Positions 24,849 to 36,260 of a DNA stretch of 64,000 nt are shown one piece after another. A model generated the notes under the pieces. It was not told the DNA's origin. It worked only from the letters and a program-made list of their open reading frames with translations, and made no database searches. Position 1 is the first letter of the stretch. Each line of letters begins with the position of its first letter. The translations under genes were made by a program, and so were the position numbers. Origin of the DNA: Macrostomum lignano (Eukaryota); NCBI GenBank assembly GCA_002269645.1, contig NIVC01000897.1, positions 124,001 to 188,000 on the forward strand. The letters are read 5' to 3'.

Positions 24849-24992
24849 AGCTCAAAGAAGCGTTTGCAATTTTTGACCAAGACAAGTCGGGCTTCATTGA
24901 GCCGCAAGAGCTGCGCCACATCCTGCAAGTGCTGGGCCAGAATCCCACCAAGGCCGAGATTGACAGCATCATAGCCGAAGCAGATGTCATTG
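24849..24992 (+). CDS. Calmodulin-like protein, exon 2 (EF-hand 1)
   Basis: ELKEAFAIFDQDKSGFIEPQELRHILQVLGQNPTKAEIDSIIAEADVI. Acceptor tttcag|AG, donor G|gtgaga. Confidence 0.95.
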
Positions 24993-25281
24993 GTGAGAGC
25001 CTGTTTTCTGAGTTCGTGACTGTCTGATGCCTTGGTTAGCTAGTTCGTCAAGGGGCTTGCACAGGGCGTCGCCAACAGTGGGGGACAGGGGGGACATGTC
25101 CCCCCCTCAGTAAAAGCTATGGGGGTCATGCCATGAATCCCACGACAAACCACAGGCTTAATTTTGTGTACGAATCCAAAATTAATGTGGGTTCAACCGT
25201 GTTACCGTTGAGCTGCTCTACTCAAGAGTCTGCAATACTCTTGGACTCTTGCACCCACACTAAACCCCCACAAAAACGCAG

Positions 25282-25388
25282 TTATTGACGGCAAGATCGA
25301 CTTTAATGAGTTCGCGCGAATTATGAAGAGCAACTACAAATTCAAGTCGGCCAGCGAGATGGACAATGAGCTCATGTCAGCGTTTCAG
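25282..25388 (+). CDS. Calmodulin-like protein, exon 3
   Basis: VIDGKIDFNEFARIMKSNYKFKSASEMDNELMSAFQ. Acceptor acgcag|TT, donor CAG|gttggt. Confidence 0.9.
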
Positions 25389-25507
25389 GTTGGTGCTACT
25401 ACTACTTGAGTGTCGTTAAGACCGTCAAATATGTTAGGAACGTAAAATACAAGGACCCTTAACTTGCCGCTCTCTTAAAAATAGCAAATCTCTACTGTCT
25501 CAACTAG

Positions 25508-25655
25508 GTATTTGATCGCGACAGCAACGGCTACATCAGCCGGCAGGAGCTGGAGTTTGTGCTCACCTCAATCGGGGAGCGACTCACTAGCGAGGAGGTG
25601 GACGAGATGTTTCGCTTTGCTGATACAAACGAGGATGGCAGGATTAGTTATAAAG
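25508..25655 (+). CDS. Calmodulin-like protein, exon 4 (EF-hands 3 and 4)
   Basis: [49 protein letters not shown]. Acceptor actag|GTA, donor G|gtgatt. Confidence 0.95.
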
Positions 25656-25664
25656 GTGATTATG

Positions 25665-26040
25665 TCTACCGTAGATGCCAGTACCAACAATCCCACAATG
25701 TCTAGAAGCCAGTCCCAACAGCCCACAATGTCTAGATGCCAGTCCCAAGGACTCCACAATGTCTAGATGCCAGTCTCAGCAATCCCACAATGTATAGATT
25801 CCAGTCTCAGCAATCACACAATGTATAGATTCCAGTCCCAACAGCCCCTCAATGTCTAGATGCCAGTCCCAAGGACTCCACAATGTCCACAATGTCTAGA
25901 TGCCAAGGACTCCACAATGTCTAGATGCCAAGGACTCCACAATGTCTAGATGCCAGTCCCAACAGCCATACAATGTCTAGATGCCAGTCCCAACAGCCAT
26001 ACAATGTCTAGATGCCAGTCCCAACAATCCCACAATGTCT
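25665..26040. repeat. ~30-bp minisatellite (CACAATGTCTAGATGCCAGTCCCAACAGCC) in calmodulin-like intron 4
   Basis: About 13 variable-length tandem units. Confidence 0.9.
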
Positions 26041-26087
26041 AGCTAGAATGCCTAGCATGAATAGATGCTGCTCAACCACCATTGCAG

Positions 26088-26134
26088 AATTCGTGGTACT
26101 TTTCAACCACTCGTTCAAGGGCAGCTTCGCTTGA
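26088..26134 (+). CDS. Calmodulin-like protein, exon 5 (last); total 167 aa
   Basis: Acceptor attgcag|AA gives EFVVLFNHSFKGSFA*. AATAAA at 26432 and 26441. Confidence 0.85.
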
Positions 26135-27029
26135 AATTCTTCCGTCTTAGAGCACCGACATGCAAATCTGAATTGACGATAATAGCTCCGCCGTGCTTCT
26201 AAACATAATTTGAACTCAATATTTGCATGCCTATTTACTATTATTGTCTAGCTTACATGATCTTTCTTTGTAAAAGCTATCCTGACCATTTGGCATCGAC
26301 AATACGCTAAATTAGTGCTCTTAAATCTGCTTATATATAAAAAAATTCTAGGTAAAAGTACCATCACAGACTGATAGTCGATTGACAGCTAAATACTGTA
26401 ATATTTCAGAATTTTTGTTTGCTCTACAGAAAATAAATTAAATAAACAAGGGAAATTAACCTTCATGATGAAGTTTCATAACATAATATTCTATTATCTG
26501 CACTTTGTGAATCACAGTTGAGTAATAAACATATGATTAGTGTTGCAATCTATTTTAATTATTATATATTAAATTATTAAATAAATTCGCTCTTGTCTCG
26601 GGCAAAAGAAAAAGATTGGGTTGGATACAAAAAAACCTATGTGCACTACTGCCCTGTAAATTCTAGTAGTATTAATAGAAATGAATTCAACTAGTAAAGC
26701 TAGGCGACAATGCCCTAATGGTTTATTAATAATATAACAAATTAAACAGCGCACAACAGCAAAATCAGCTTGCAGGCTAGCACAAATTATTCAAAAAAAA
26801 AATGAGAGAATTGTAAATTACTATTTACCAACAGCAGAAAGCATTTTCCGCCCTGGCGACATGGACCCTATAAACTTGTCCTGTGCTTATATGCCGCTTA
26901 CAAACTCGGTACTAATATACTCGTAGAATACACAAGAAATGGTTGCCATTGCCACTGTATACTGACTCCTGTGCCAGTATATACTGTTATAACAGAACTG
27001 CTTTGATATTTTTAGCTGTCTTTAATCTT

Positions 27030-27250
27030 ATCATGATCTGTCTGTCTAGGCGCTAGACCTCAGTCTGGTCTAATCTCATCATGATCTGTCTAGGCGCCAG
27101 ATCTCAGTCTGATCTTATCTCATCATGACCTATCTGTCTAGGCGCTAGATCTCAGTCTGATCTTATCTCATCATGATCTGTCTAGGCGCTAGATCTCAGT
27201 CTGGTCTAATCTCATCATGATCTATCTGTCTAGGCGCTAGATCTCAGTTA
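27030..27250. repeat. 44-48-bp tandem repeat (TCTCATCATGATCTGTCTAGGCGCTAGATCTCAGTCTG...), ~5 copies
   Basis: Tandem units directly visible. Confidence 0.9.
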
Positions 27251-27789
27251 AATATAATAATCTAGCTAAGTATTTCAGTTTACTTGGGCACTAATCTAAT
27301 CTCACTAAAGCCTAGTCTCCAATTGACCTTGATCTGAATAGCATCGAATACCAGAACAACACACTGAGAAACTGCCATTGAATTCACAATCATAGCTCGT
27401 AGTACATACAATAAGTAAAATGGAAAACAAAAGTGACCAGTCCGAAGAAGAATGACGGTAACAAAAAATGTATATGAGAAACAATGAGAACGCATTCGGG
27501 AGCTAAAAATAAGATTATAGAATTACAGGCATAAATGAGAGGAAAGTGTCAAGTCGCAGCGGTTAGTGCATAATCAGGGTAGCCATTATCATATATCTGC
27601 ATCTGGGATGTATCAATAGAAATATATATATAGTAATATATGCATCTGTAAAACACATGGTTGCGAGTGTAATATACTATATACGAGAGAAACGGAAAGA
27701 ACAACATTGAAAAAGTTATGTGCAATCATATTATGCCTGGAAAGAGCCGCATCTCCGCGCTAAACTCAATAACTTGAATGGGGGCATAA

Positions 27790-28215
27790 AATCAGATCTT
27801 ATTGGGGGCGCCATTTCCGCGCTAAAATCAGATCTTATTGAGAGGGCCATTGCGGCGCTAAATTCAGTCTTATTATAAGCGCCATTTTGGCGCTAAATTC
27901 AATTTTATTGGAGGCGCCATTCCGGCGCTAAACACAATCTCATTAAAGGCGCCATTCCGGCGCTAAACACAATCTCATTAAAGGCGCCATTTCCGCGCCA
28001 AGTTCAATCTTATTGGGAGTGCCATTTCGGCGCTAAATTCAGTATTATTGGAGGCGCCATTTCCGCGCTAATTTGGATCTTATTGTGAGCGCCATTTCGG
28101 CGCTAAATTAAATCTTATTTGGGCGCTTTTTCCGCGATATTTGGGGTCTCATAGGGGGCGCCATTTCCGCGCTAAATAGGGTCTGATTAAGGCGCTACTT
28201 CCGCGCCAAACAAGA
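27790..28215. repeat. ~35-bp degenerate tandem repeat (GCGCCATTTCCGCGCTAAA...TCTTATT), ~12 copies; possibly the subterminal array of a DNA transposon
   Basis: Recurrent GGCGCCATTTC(C/G)GCGCTAAA motif; the transposon origin is inference. Confidence 0.8.
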
Positions 28216-28457
28216 TGTCAGTAGGGCATTTTAAAAACAGATTTGGCGCACCACAATACGGGCGCTTAACACAGCGCATGTTGCGCAACAAATGGGGTCC
28301 ACCGAAAGGTAAAAAATATAGACAGAAAAAAATCAAAGTTCGCGCGGCTTAGCTATGTCGTTGAGCAACTACTACTAAGTAGGTTAGTACGAATCAGTGT
28401 AAATAATAATATACCGCCTACTGCGACTAGAGAATCGACGCATAGAAACCTAATGAT

Positions 28458-28748
28458 TCAAGCGGAAATAAGCGAGTCCATTGGGCGCAGTTTGACAGTG
28501 CCATCGCAGCCGCACGAGAACAGATAGCAATGCCCGTCTCTGGTGCACAGTTCCAATCGTTGTACGCCCTGGTCAGAGGCTGAGCGCAGCAGAGAACGCG
28601 GCGCCACGTGCTCGTCGCGGAAGCAAGCAAGCGGCTCGTGGGCGCCAAGGCGCCAGGCGCGGACGGAACCGTCAGCGGAGCCGGTGAGCAGGAGGCGCTC
28701 GCTAGGATCGACGCACAGGGTGGTCACCGCCGAGTTCGGCTCGTGCGC
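28458..28748 (-). CDS. DMXL: DmX-like / Rabconnectin-3A exon 13 (last; WD40)
   Basis: AHEPNSAVTTLCVDPSERLLLTGSADGSVRAW...LFSCGCDGTVKLRPM. Acceptor atgcag|GCG; TGA 28458-28460. Confidence 0.9.
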   Translation of the reverse strand, partial: AHEPNSAVTTLCVDPSERLLLTGSADGSVRAWRLGAHEPLACFRDEHVAPRSLLRSASDQGVQRLELCTRDGHCYLFSCGCDGTVKLRPMDSLISA

Positions 28749-28904
28749 CTGCATTGCGAAACAATATTGGGTTCCCGTTGATTGAAAACTGCTGCAAATG
28801 CGCATATTTCTACTTATAGTAGCTGGTCAGAGAATTGAAAATGTGCGTCAATACTATTTAACATTAGTAATATACTCGGATATCAACATCGCTAATTGTT
28901 CATG

Positions 28905-29685
28905 ACACAGGTGACACTTTCTGTGCGCTTGTCCTGAAAACAGGTGACACTTTCTGTGCGCTTGTCCTGAAAACAGGTGACACTTTCTGTGCGCTTGTCC
29001 TGAAAACAGGTGACACTTTCTGTGCGCTTTATCTGAAAACAGGTGACACTTTCTGTGCGCTTATTCTGAAAACAGGTGACACTTTCTGTGCGCTTATTCT
29101 GAAAACAGGTGACACTTTCTGTGCGCTTGTCCTGAAAACAGGTGACACTTTCTGTGCGCTTGTCCTGAAAACAGGTGACACTTTCTGTGCGCTTGTCCTG
29201 AAAACAGGTGACACTTTCTGTGCGCTTATTCTGAAAACAGGTGACACTTTCTGTGCGCTTGTCCTGAAAACAGGTGACACTTTCTGTGCGCTTATTCTGA
29301 AAACAGGTGACACTTTCTGTGCGCTTATTCTGAAAACAGGTGACACTTTCTGTGCGCTTGTCCTGAAAACAGATGACACTCTGCACGCCTGTCCCGAGAA
29401 CAGATGACACTTTCTGCACGCCTGTCCCGGGAACAGATGACACTTTCTGCACGCCTGTCCCGGGAACAGATGACACTTTCTGCACGCCTGTCCCGGGAAC
29501 TGATGACACTTTCTGCACGCCTGTCCCGGGAACAGATGACACTTTCTGCACGCTTGTCCCGGGAACAGATGACACTTTCTGCACGCCTGTCCCGGGAACA
29601 GATGACACTTTCTGCACGCTTGTCCCGGGAACAGATGACACTTTCTGCACGCCTGTCCCGGGAACAGATGACACTTTCTCTGCAT
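28905..29685. repeat. 33-bp minisatellite with two sub-arrays, ~23 copies, DMXL intron 12
   Basis: AAAACAGGTGACACTTTCTGTGCGCTTGTCCTG followed by GAACAGATGACACTTTCTGCACGCCTGTCCCGG. Confidence 0.95.
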
Positions 29686-29767
29686 GCATACCAAATCGCG
29701 TAAAATATCGCGTATTTAATCTACCCAACGATCCTATTAGGCAGAAAAGCGCATTCCCAGAGCTAAC

Positions 29768-30316
29768 CTGAAAAGCGTGCCTAACGGCCGCCTTGCGCAG
29801 GTCGAGCAGGGCCACGCCGCCTTTGGCTGTGCCGGCTAGCAACAGTTGGCGCTGCGGCGCGTAGGCCAGCGAAGTGCAACCGGCCTGCAGAGCCGGATCG
29901 AAGAAGCGCTGCACAACGGACTTCTCAACTGGGAGCAGAGTGTCCCAGAGGGCCGCGTTCGCCTCCGATTCGGCACCCGTGCCGCCAGTGGCGTACAGAG
30001 TTGAACAGCCGGCGAATAGCAGGTCGGAACAGCCGCGCGAGTGCCCGCGCCACACCCTGTAAGGCTTGTCCGACTCAGCGCCGCCGCCACCGCCGGCGCC
30101 CACAATGCTGCGCCAGTGCCACAGGGACACGTAGCCTTCGCTGTCGCCAACGGCGAATCGATTGCCGTAAACGTTGAAACGCAGGGCGGTGACTCGGCCG
30201 CCTACGCTGATACTGCCCGGCTTGGTTAGCGGGGCCCGGTGCGACCATTCGTAGCAGTCGATGGCGCCGGAGGCCGAGCCGAATAGGTAGTTGTGTCTGT
30301 CAGGGTGGGCCGCCAC
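29768..30316 (-). CDS. DMXL: DMXL exon 12 (C-terminal WD40 repeats)
   Basis: VAAHPDRHNYLFGSASGAIDCYEW...FNVYGNRFAVGDSEGYVSLW...ALWDTLLP...RHAFQ. ttccag| and |gttagc boundaries; 549 nt, phase 0-0. Confidence 0.95.
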
Positions 30317-30348
30317 CTGGAATGCGGGATAACTAGTGAGTATTAGTG

Positions 30349-32349
30349 CCAGTAGGCTGCTCAATGGGATAACCAGTAGGCTGCTCAATGGGATAACCAG
30401 TAGGCTGCTCAATGGGATAACCAGTAGGCTGCTCAATGGGATAACCAGTAGGCTGCTCAATGGGATAACCAGTAGGCTGCTCAATGGGATAACCAGTAGG
30501 CTGCTCAATGGGATAAACAGTAGGCTGCTCAATGGGATAACCAGTAGGCTGCTCAATGGGATAACCAGTAGGCTGCTCAATGGGATAAACAGTAGGCTGC
30601 TCAATGGGATAACCAGTAGGCTGCTCAATGGGATAACCAGTAGGCTGCTCAATGGGATAACCAGTAGGCTGCTCAATGGGATAACCAGTAGGCTGCTCAA
30701 TGGGATAACCAGTAGGCTGCTCAATGGGATAACCATTAGGCTGCTCAATGGGATAACCAGTAGGCTGCTCAATGGGATAACCAGTAGGCTGCTCAATGGG
30801 ATAACCAGTAGGCTGCTCAATGGGATAACCAGTAGGCTGCTCAATGGGATAACCAGTAGGCTGCTCAATGGGATAACCAGTAGGCTGCTCAATGGGATAA
30901 CCAGTAGGCTGCTCAATGGGATAACCAGTAGGCTGCTCAATGGGATAAACAGTAGGCTGCTCAATGGGATAACCAGTAGGCTGCTCAATGGGATAACCAG
31001 TAGGCTGCTCAATGGGATAAACAGTAGGCTGCTCAATGGGATAACCAGTAGGCTGCTCAATGGGATAACCAGTAGGCTGCTCAATGGGATAACCAGTAGG
31101 CTGCTCAATGGGATAACCAGTAGGCTGCTCAATGGGATAACCAGTAGGCTGCTCAATGGGATAACCATTAGGCTGCTCAATGGGATAACCAGTAGGCTGC
31201 TCAATGGGATAACCAGTAGGCTGCTCAATGGGATAACCAGTAGGCTGCTCAATGGGATAACCAGTAGGCTGCTCAATGGGATAACCAGTAGGCTGCTCAA
31301 TGGGATAACCAGTAGGCTGCTCAATGGGATAACCAGTAGGCTGCTCAATGGGATAACCAGTAGGCTGCTCAATGGGATAACCAGTAGGCTGCTCAATGGG
31401 ATAACCAGTAAGACAGCTCAATGGGATAATCAGTAAGACTGCTCAATGGGATAATCAGTGAGACTGCTCAATGGGATATTTAGTAACGCTGCTCAATGGC
31501 ACAAACAGTAGGCTGCTCAATGGGATAATCAGTAGGCTGCTCAATGGGATAATTAGTAAGACTGCTCAATGGGATAATCAGTAGGCTGCTCAATGGGATA
31601 ATTAGTAAGGCTGCTCAATGGGATAATCAGTAAGACTGCTCAATGGGATAATCAGTAAGACTGCTCAATGGGATAATCAGTAGGCTGCTCAATGGGATAA
31701 TTAGTAAGGCTGCTCAATGGGATAATCAGTAAGACTGCTCAATGGGATAATCAGTAAGACTGCTCAATGGGATAATCAGTAAGACTGCTCAATGGGATAA
31801 TCAGTAAGACTGCTCAATAGGACAAACAGTAGGCTGCTCAATGGGATAATCAGTAGGCTGCTCAATGGGATAATTAGTAAAGCTGCTCAATGGGATAATT
31901 AGTAAGGCTGCTCAATGGGATAATCAGTAGGCTGCTCAATGGGATAATCAGTGAGGCTGCTCAATGGGATAATCAGTAGGCTGCTCAATGGGATAATTAG
32001 TAAGGCTGCTCAATGGGATAATTAGTAAGGCTGCTCAATGGGATAATCAGTAGGCTGCTCAATGGGATAATCAGTGAGGCTGCTCAATGGGATAATCAGT
32101 AGGCTGCTCAATGGGATAATCAGTGAGGCTGCTCAATGGGATAATCAGTAGGCTGCTCAATGGGATAATTAGTAAGGCTGCTCAATGGGATAATCAGTAG
32201 GCTACTCAATGGGATAATCAGTAGGCTGCTCAATGGGATAATTAGTAAGGCTGCTCAATGGGATAATCAGTAGGCTGCTCAATGGGATAATTAGTAAGGC
32301 TGCTCAATGGGATAATCAGTAGGCTGCTCAATGGGATAATCAGTAGGCT
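30349..32349. repeat. 24-bp minisatellite (ATAA(C/T)CAGTAGGCTGCTCAATGGG), ~83 copies, DMXL intron 11
   Basis: Homogeneous tandem array; source of the spurious SSLLVIPL / GYPIEQPT / SRLLNGIT ORFs. Confidence 0.97.
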
Positions 32350-32414
32350 AACCAATACACAGGTTAAGAGCCTTAGCGAAAACGCAGAGCTACATTGTGA
32401 AAAGGTTACTCTAC

Positions 32415-33127
32415 CTGTCTCGGCTTCGGCAAAGAGCGACGCGTAATGAGCCTGGCCGGCCAGCCCTTGATGACGCTGGAAGAGAGGGTTGGCACCGGGG
32501 TGACGCCAGGCACGGCGAAGCTGGTCAACAGGCGAGGCAGCTGGTCGGAATCCAGCTGGCCGACAGCGTCGCCAACAAACCCGCCGGCGCCAGCGACTGT
32601 GGCCGAGGCCAGGCCGCCGTAGTCTTCGTCGTCTAGGCCGGCCGGAGAAAACGGGTGCAGCATGAGGTCGCAGATGTCCAGCTCAACTAGCTCTTTGCTG
32701 GTGGCCAGGGTTAGGCAGTTCTGATTGGCCCGGCTAAGGCAGAAACTGCTAATCGCTTCGCCTTTGGTGTCGTGCACCAGAGCTACTGGGAGGTCGGCAG
32801 CGGCGGCCGGAGCGGCTTCGGTTAATTCGGCGCTAGACAAGGTCGGAGGCGGCGGTCGGGGAGGCGCCGACTTTTGCTGCTGCTGCTGCGACGACGTGGT
32901 CGACATCGGCGGCGGCGGGAAGGCGAATTTGGCGAACACGTCGCGGGCGGCCTCCTTGCGCACAAGCTGCGCCCATAGCCGATTGCAGAGTCGTTCAGAC
33001 AGCGACTGGCCAGGGAACGGCGTTCGCTCGGCGTCTAGCAGCAACTTGTAGCGCTCCATCAGCAGGCGGGCAGGCTGGAATGTTGAATCCTCGCCTACGA
33101 ACGAGGAATTGCCGCCGCCTAGGAATC
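32415..33127 (-). CDS. DMXL: DMXL exon 11
   Basis: ...FQPARLLMERYKLLLDAERTPF...RLCNRLWAQLVRKE...HDTKGEAISSFCLSRANQNCLTLATSKELVELDI...KPRQ. catcag|GA and CAG|gtagag. Confidence 0.92.
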
Positions 33128-33519
33128 CTGATGAAATTTAGGAAGTTAGCGCCTCTTTTACCACTACAGAATGCTTTGCGCATCTAGGCAAATTTAACCA
33201 TTGTTAGCTTTTCTACTCGAGCTATTCTGGTAGCCAATTCTTGACGAATTTGAGGCACATGAGCATGGTTTTAGATATTTGAAGATGGTTTTTGTTGTGT
33301 ATTGCATTGTGTATCGATGTATCGGGTGATTTGGTTTTACTGAGAGCTCAATCCATCCATTCAATAATGCTAAAATGCTTCATTTATGCGCACTGGCTTT
33401 GTGTACGTTCTACAATGTACATCGCTCGCTTAGTTAAATATATAAGTCGGGGTTGGGCCAGTTTGAGCCCTAAGAGTTTTTTGACTAGCCTTACACACTG
33501 AATCTTGTCAACAACTTAA

Positions 33520-34015
33520 CAGTTTTGAGATAATTGTGACGGTTTTGAGATAATTGAGATGGTTTTGAGATGATTGAGACGGTTTTGAAATAATTGAGGG
33601 TTTAAGATACTTAAGTCGGTTTGGAGACACTTCAGATGGTTTTGAAACACTTCAGATGGTTTTGAGACACTTCAGATGGTTTTGAGACACCTCAGATGGT
33701 TTTGAAACACTTCAGATGGTTTTGAGACACTTCAGATGGTTTTGAGACATCTCAGATGGTTTTGAGACACCAGATGGTTTTGAGATACTTAATTCGGTTT
33801 TGAGATACTTCAGATGGCTTTGAGATACGTGAAATGGTTTTGAGATACTTCAGATGGTTTTGAGATACTTCAGATGGCTTTGAGATACGTGAGATGGTTT
33901 TGAGATATTTCAGATGGTTTTGAGATACTTCAGATGGTTTTGAGATACTTCAGATGGTTTTGAGACACTTCAGATGGTTTTGACATATGTGAGATGGCTT
34001 TGAGACACTTAAGAT
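33520..34015. repeat. 20-bp minisatellite (GATGGTTTTGAGACACTTCA), ~24 copies, DMXL intron 10
   Basis: Tandem units directly visible. Confidence 0.95.
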
Positions 34016-34134
34016 TTTACCACAACTGTAGGTAGTGATAAGAGCTGTCACTGCTGGGCAATGCAGTCAAAGTGCGGTCACAGTCTTCTTTAAAAAGCTT
34101 AATAAGACTAATACGAGTGAATTAAGAGACAAAC

Positions 34135-35220
34135 CGTCGGGCGGCTGGCCAATCCGTCGCAGACGATCGCGGAACGCCCGCTGCCATTGGTGAACCCGCT
34201 TGACGGCGTTGTACAGAGCCGGCGATTCCACAGGCAGGTCGGACAGTTCCAGGCCGACCTGGGGCAGGAAGCGGCCAACTTGGTCCAGTGCCACCCGGAC
34301 ACAGGCGCAGCGCATCAGCAACCAGGCGTATTCGCGACGTTCCTGAGCGGCTTGGCGCCGACGCGAAACAGCCGGCGTCTGGCGCATCTGCCGGCTCGAT
34401 CGATAGAATCTGTCAGCGTCCAGGTCGGCCATTGAGCCGCCGAAGCCGGGAATCTCGTCTGGCGCGGCCTCGGCATGCTCGTCGTCTTGAGCGTCGTCGT
34501 CAGCATCGTCATTTTCGGAGACGTTGGCGGAGTCGAAATCGGCCGCTTGGCCGGCTGGCTGGCGCGGATCTGGCGGCAGTTTGGCCAGCAGGCAGCCCAG
34601 GATGGAGGCGCGCGGCTGCACAAACCGCTCGGTGAAGCCGCGACTGCCGCCGCCGCCGGCGCTACTCGACGTTGCAGGCGACGGCTGCTGATGCTGCTGC
34701 GGTTGAGGCGGCGGCGGCAGCGGCGGGGCGCCGCCACCTTGCACAGTGCTCAAGTAGAGTTTTACTCGCTGCTTTGACATCTCGTCAGTGACGCGGGGGA
34801 TTCCCCCCGCCGACAACTGCTGCTGCTGCTGTGCCTGGCGCCGAGGACTAGCGCCGCCGCCGGCGATGACAACGCCGCTGGACGAAGCGTGGCCGCCAGA
34901 GCCGGCTGGCGACCCGCTGATTCGCATCGGCGCCGGCCGCTGCGGGGTCTTCAACCCGCCGCCGAACACAGCGCCCCATACGCTGGTGGTAAGCGACCTG
35001 GCAACCAGCCGGTGAAGAATCTTGGCATTAGCCGTGGTCAGGCCGTAGGTTAAGGTGGCCAGGTAGACGCTGAGAAAGGCCTCGGTTAAGATGATGTTCA
35101 GCCGTGGGACGTCGTCATCTTTGTGCCGTTCTAGCAGGCTGCGGAGATGCGCGATGCCCGGCCACTTGCTGGGCTGGGTGTTGGGCGCTTCCAGGTCTTC
35201 TTGAGGCTGCTGACTGGCGC
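34135..35220 (-). CDS. DMXL: DMXL exon 10
   Basis: PSKWPGIAHLRSLL...RLNIILTEAFLSVYL...WGAVFGGGLK...REYAWLLMRCACVRVALDQVGRFLPQVGLELSDLPVESP. tagcag|GC and G|gtttgt; 1086 nt, phase 1-1. Confidence 0.9.
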
Positions 35221-35624
35221 CTGCTAGTGTGAGTGCGCGGTATTCATTTGAAAGGGACTCTATAATGGATTGTATCGACAGTGAAAGCGCCGCTCTGATA
35301 CATCGCTTCCATTTTAGGGCTACAGTAGGGTTCGTGAAAAAGGGTCCAAATTTCCGCGGAAAGGCCGCGGAATTCTGTGCAAAATGTGTGAAATTTGCGC
35401 TTATTATATTGAATCTTGCTCTTTGCCCAGGAATTCATACTCCTTCCGTGACTATATCTCTTTTTTCTTCATAGTAGAACCATTATGAAAGAGATTTAAA
35501 GCCTCGTTTAAATATTTGATTAATTTCTTTATGATGTCAGGCCATCACGTCACCGAAAATCAAAAAGGCTCCATCGATTATTAAAGCGCTTTTCTGATAC
35601 AAAACAAGGAGAGAGATGGAGATA

Positions 35625-36197
35625 GGAAAGAGGCGGCAGGGAGGAGGAGAGAGGAGAGGCGGCAGGGAGGAGAGAGGAGAGAGGCGGCAGGGAGGAGGAG
35701 AGAGGAGAGGCGGCAGGGAGGAGAGAGGAGAGAGGCGGCAGGGAGGAGGAGAGAGGAGAGGCAGCAGGGAGGAGAGGAGAGAGGCGGCAGGGAGGAGAGA
35801 GGAGAGAGGCGGCAGGGAGGAGGAGAGAGGAGAGAGGCGGCAGGGAGGAGAGAGGAGAGAGGCGGCAGGGAGGAGGAGAGAGGAGAGGCGGCAGGGAGGA
35901 GGAGAGAGGAGAGAGGCGGCAGGGAGGAGGAGAGAGGAGAGAGGCGGCAGGGAGGAGAGAGGAGAGGCGGCAGGGAGGTGAGAGGAGAGAGGCGGCAGGG
36001 AGGAGAGGAGAGAGGTGGCAGGGAGGTGAGAGGAGAGAGGCGGCAGGGAGGAGAGGAGAGAGGTGGCAGGGAGGTGAGAGGAGAGAGGCGGCAGGGAGGA
36101 GAGGAGAGAGGTGGCAGGGAGGAGGAGAGAGGAGGCGGCAGGGAGGAGGAGAGAGGAGAGAGGCGGCAGGGAGGAGAGGAGAGGGAGAGGAGAGGTA
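35625..36197. repeat. Polypurine/polypyrimidine minisatellite (GGAGAGGAGAGAGGCGGCAGGGAGG, variable unit), DMXL intron 9
   Basis: Almost pure A/G on the plus strand; explains the SSLLLPAA and ERRGGR ORFs. Confidence 0.95.
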
Positions 36198-36260
36198 AGT
36201 TGACATTCCACTTTTGTATTTAGTACCAGTAATAAAATTCCTAGGCATTAAGCTACGCAC

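Noticed and set aside
28892-31436. 834-aa, 362-aa and 366-aa ORFs with SSLLVIPL / GYPIEQPT / SRLLNGIT repeats
   Set aside because: They are read-throughs of stop-free 24- and 33-bp intronic minisatellites. Only 29768-30316 is a real DMXL exon, bounded by canonical splice sites.
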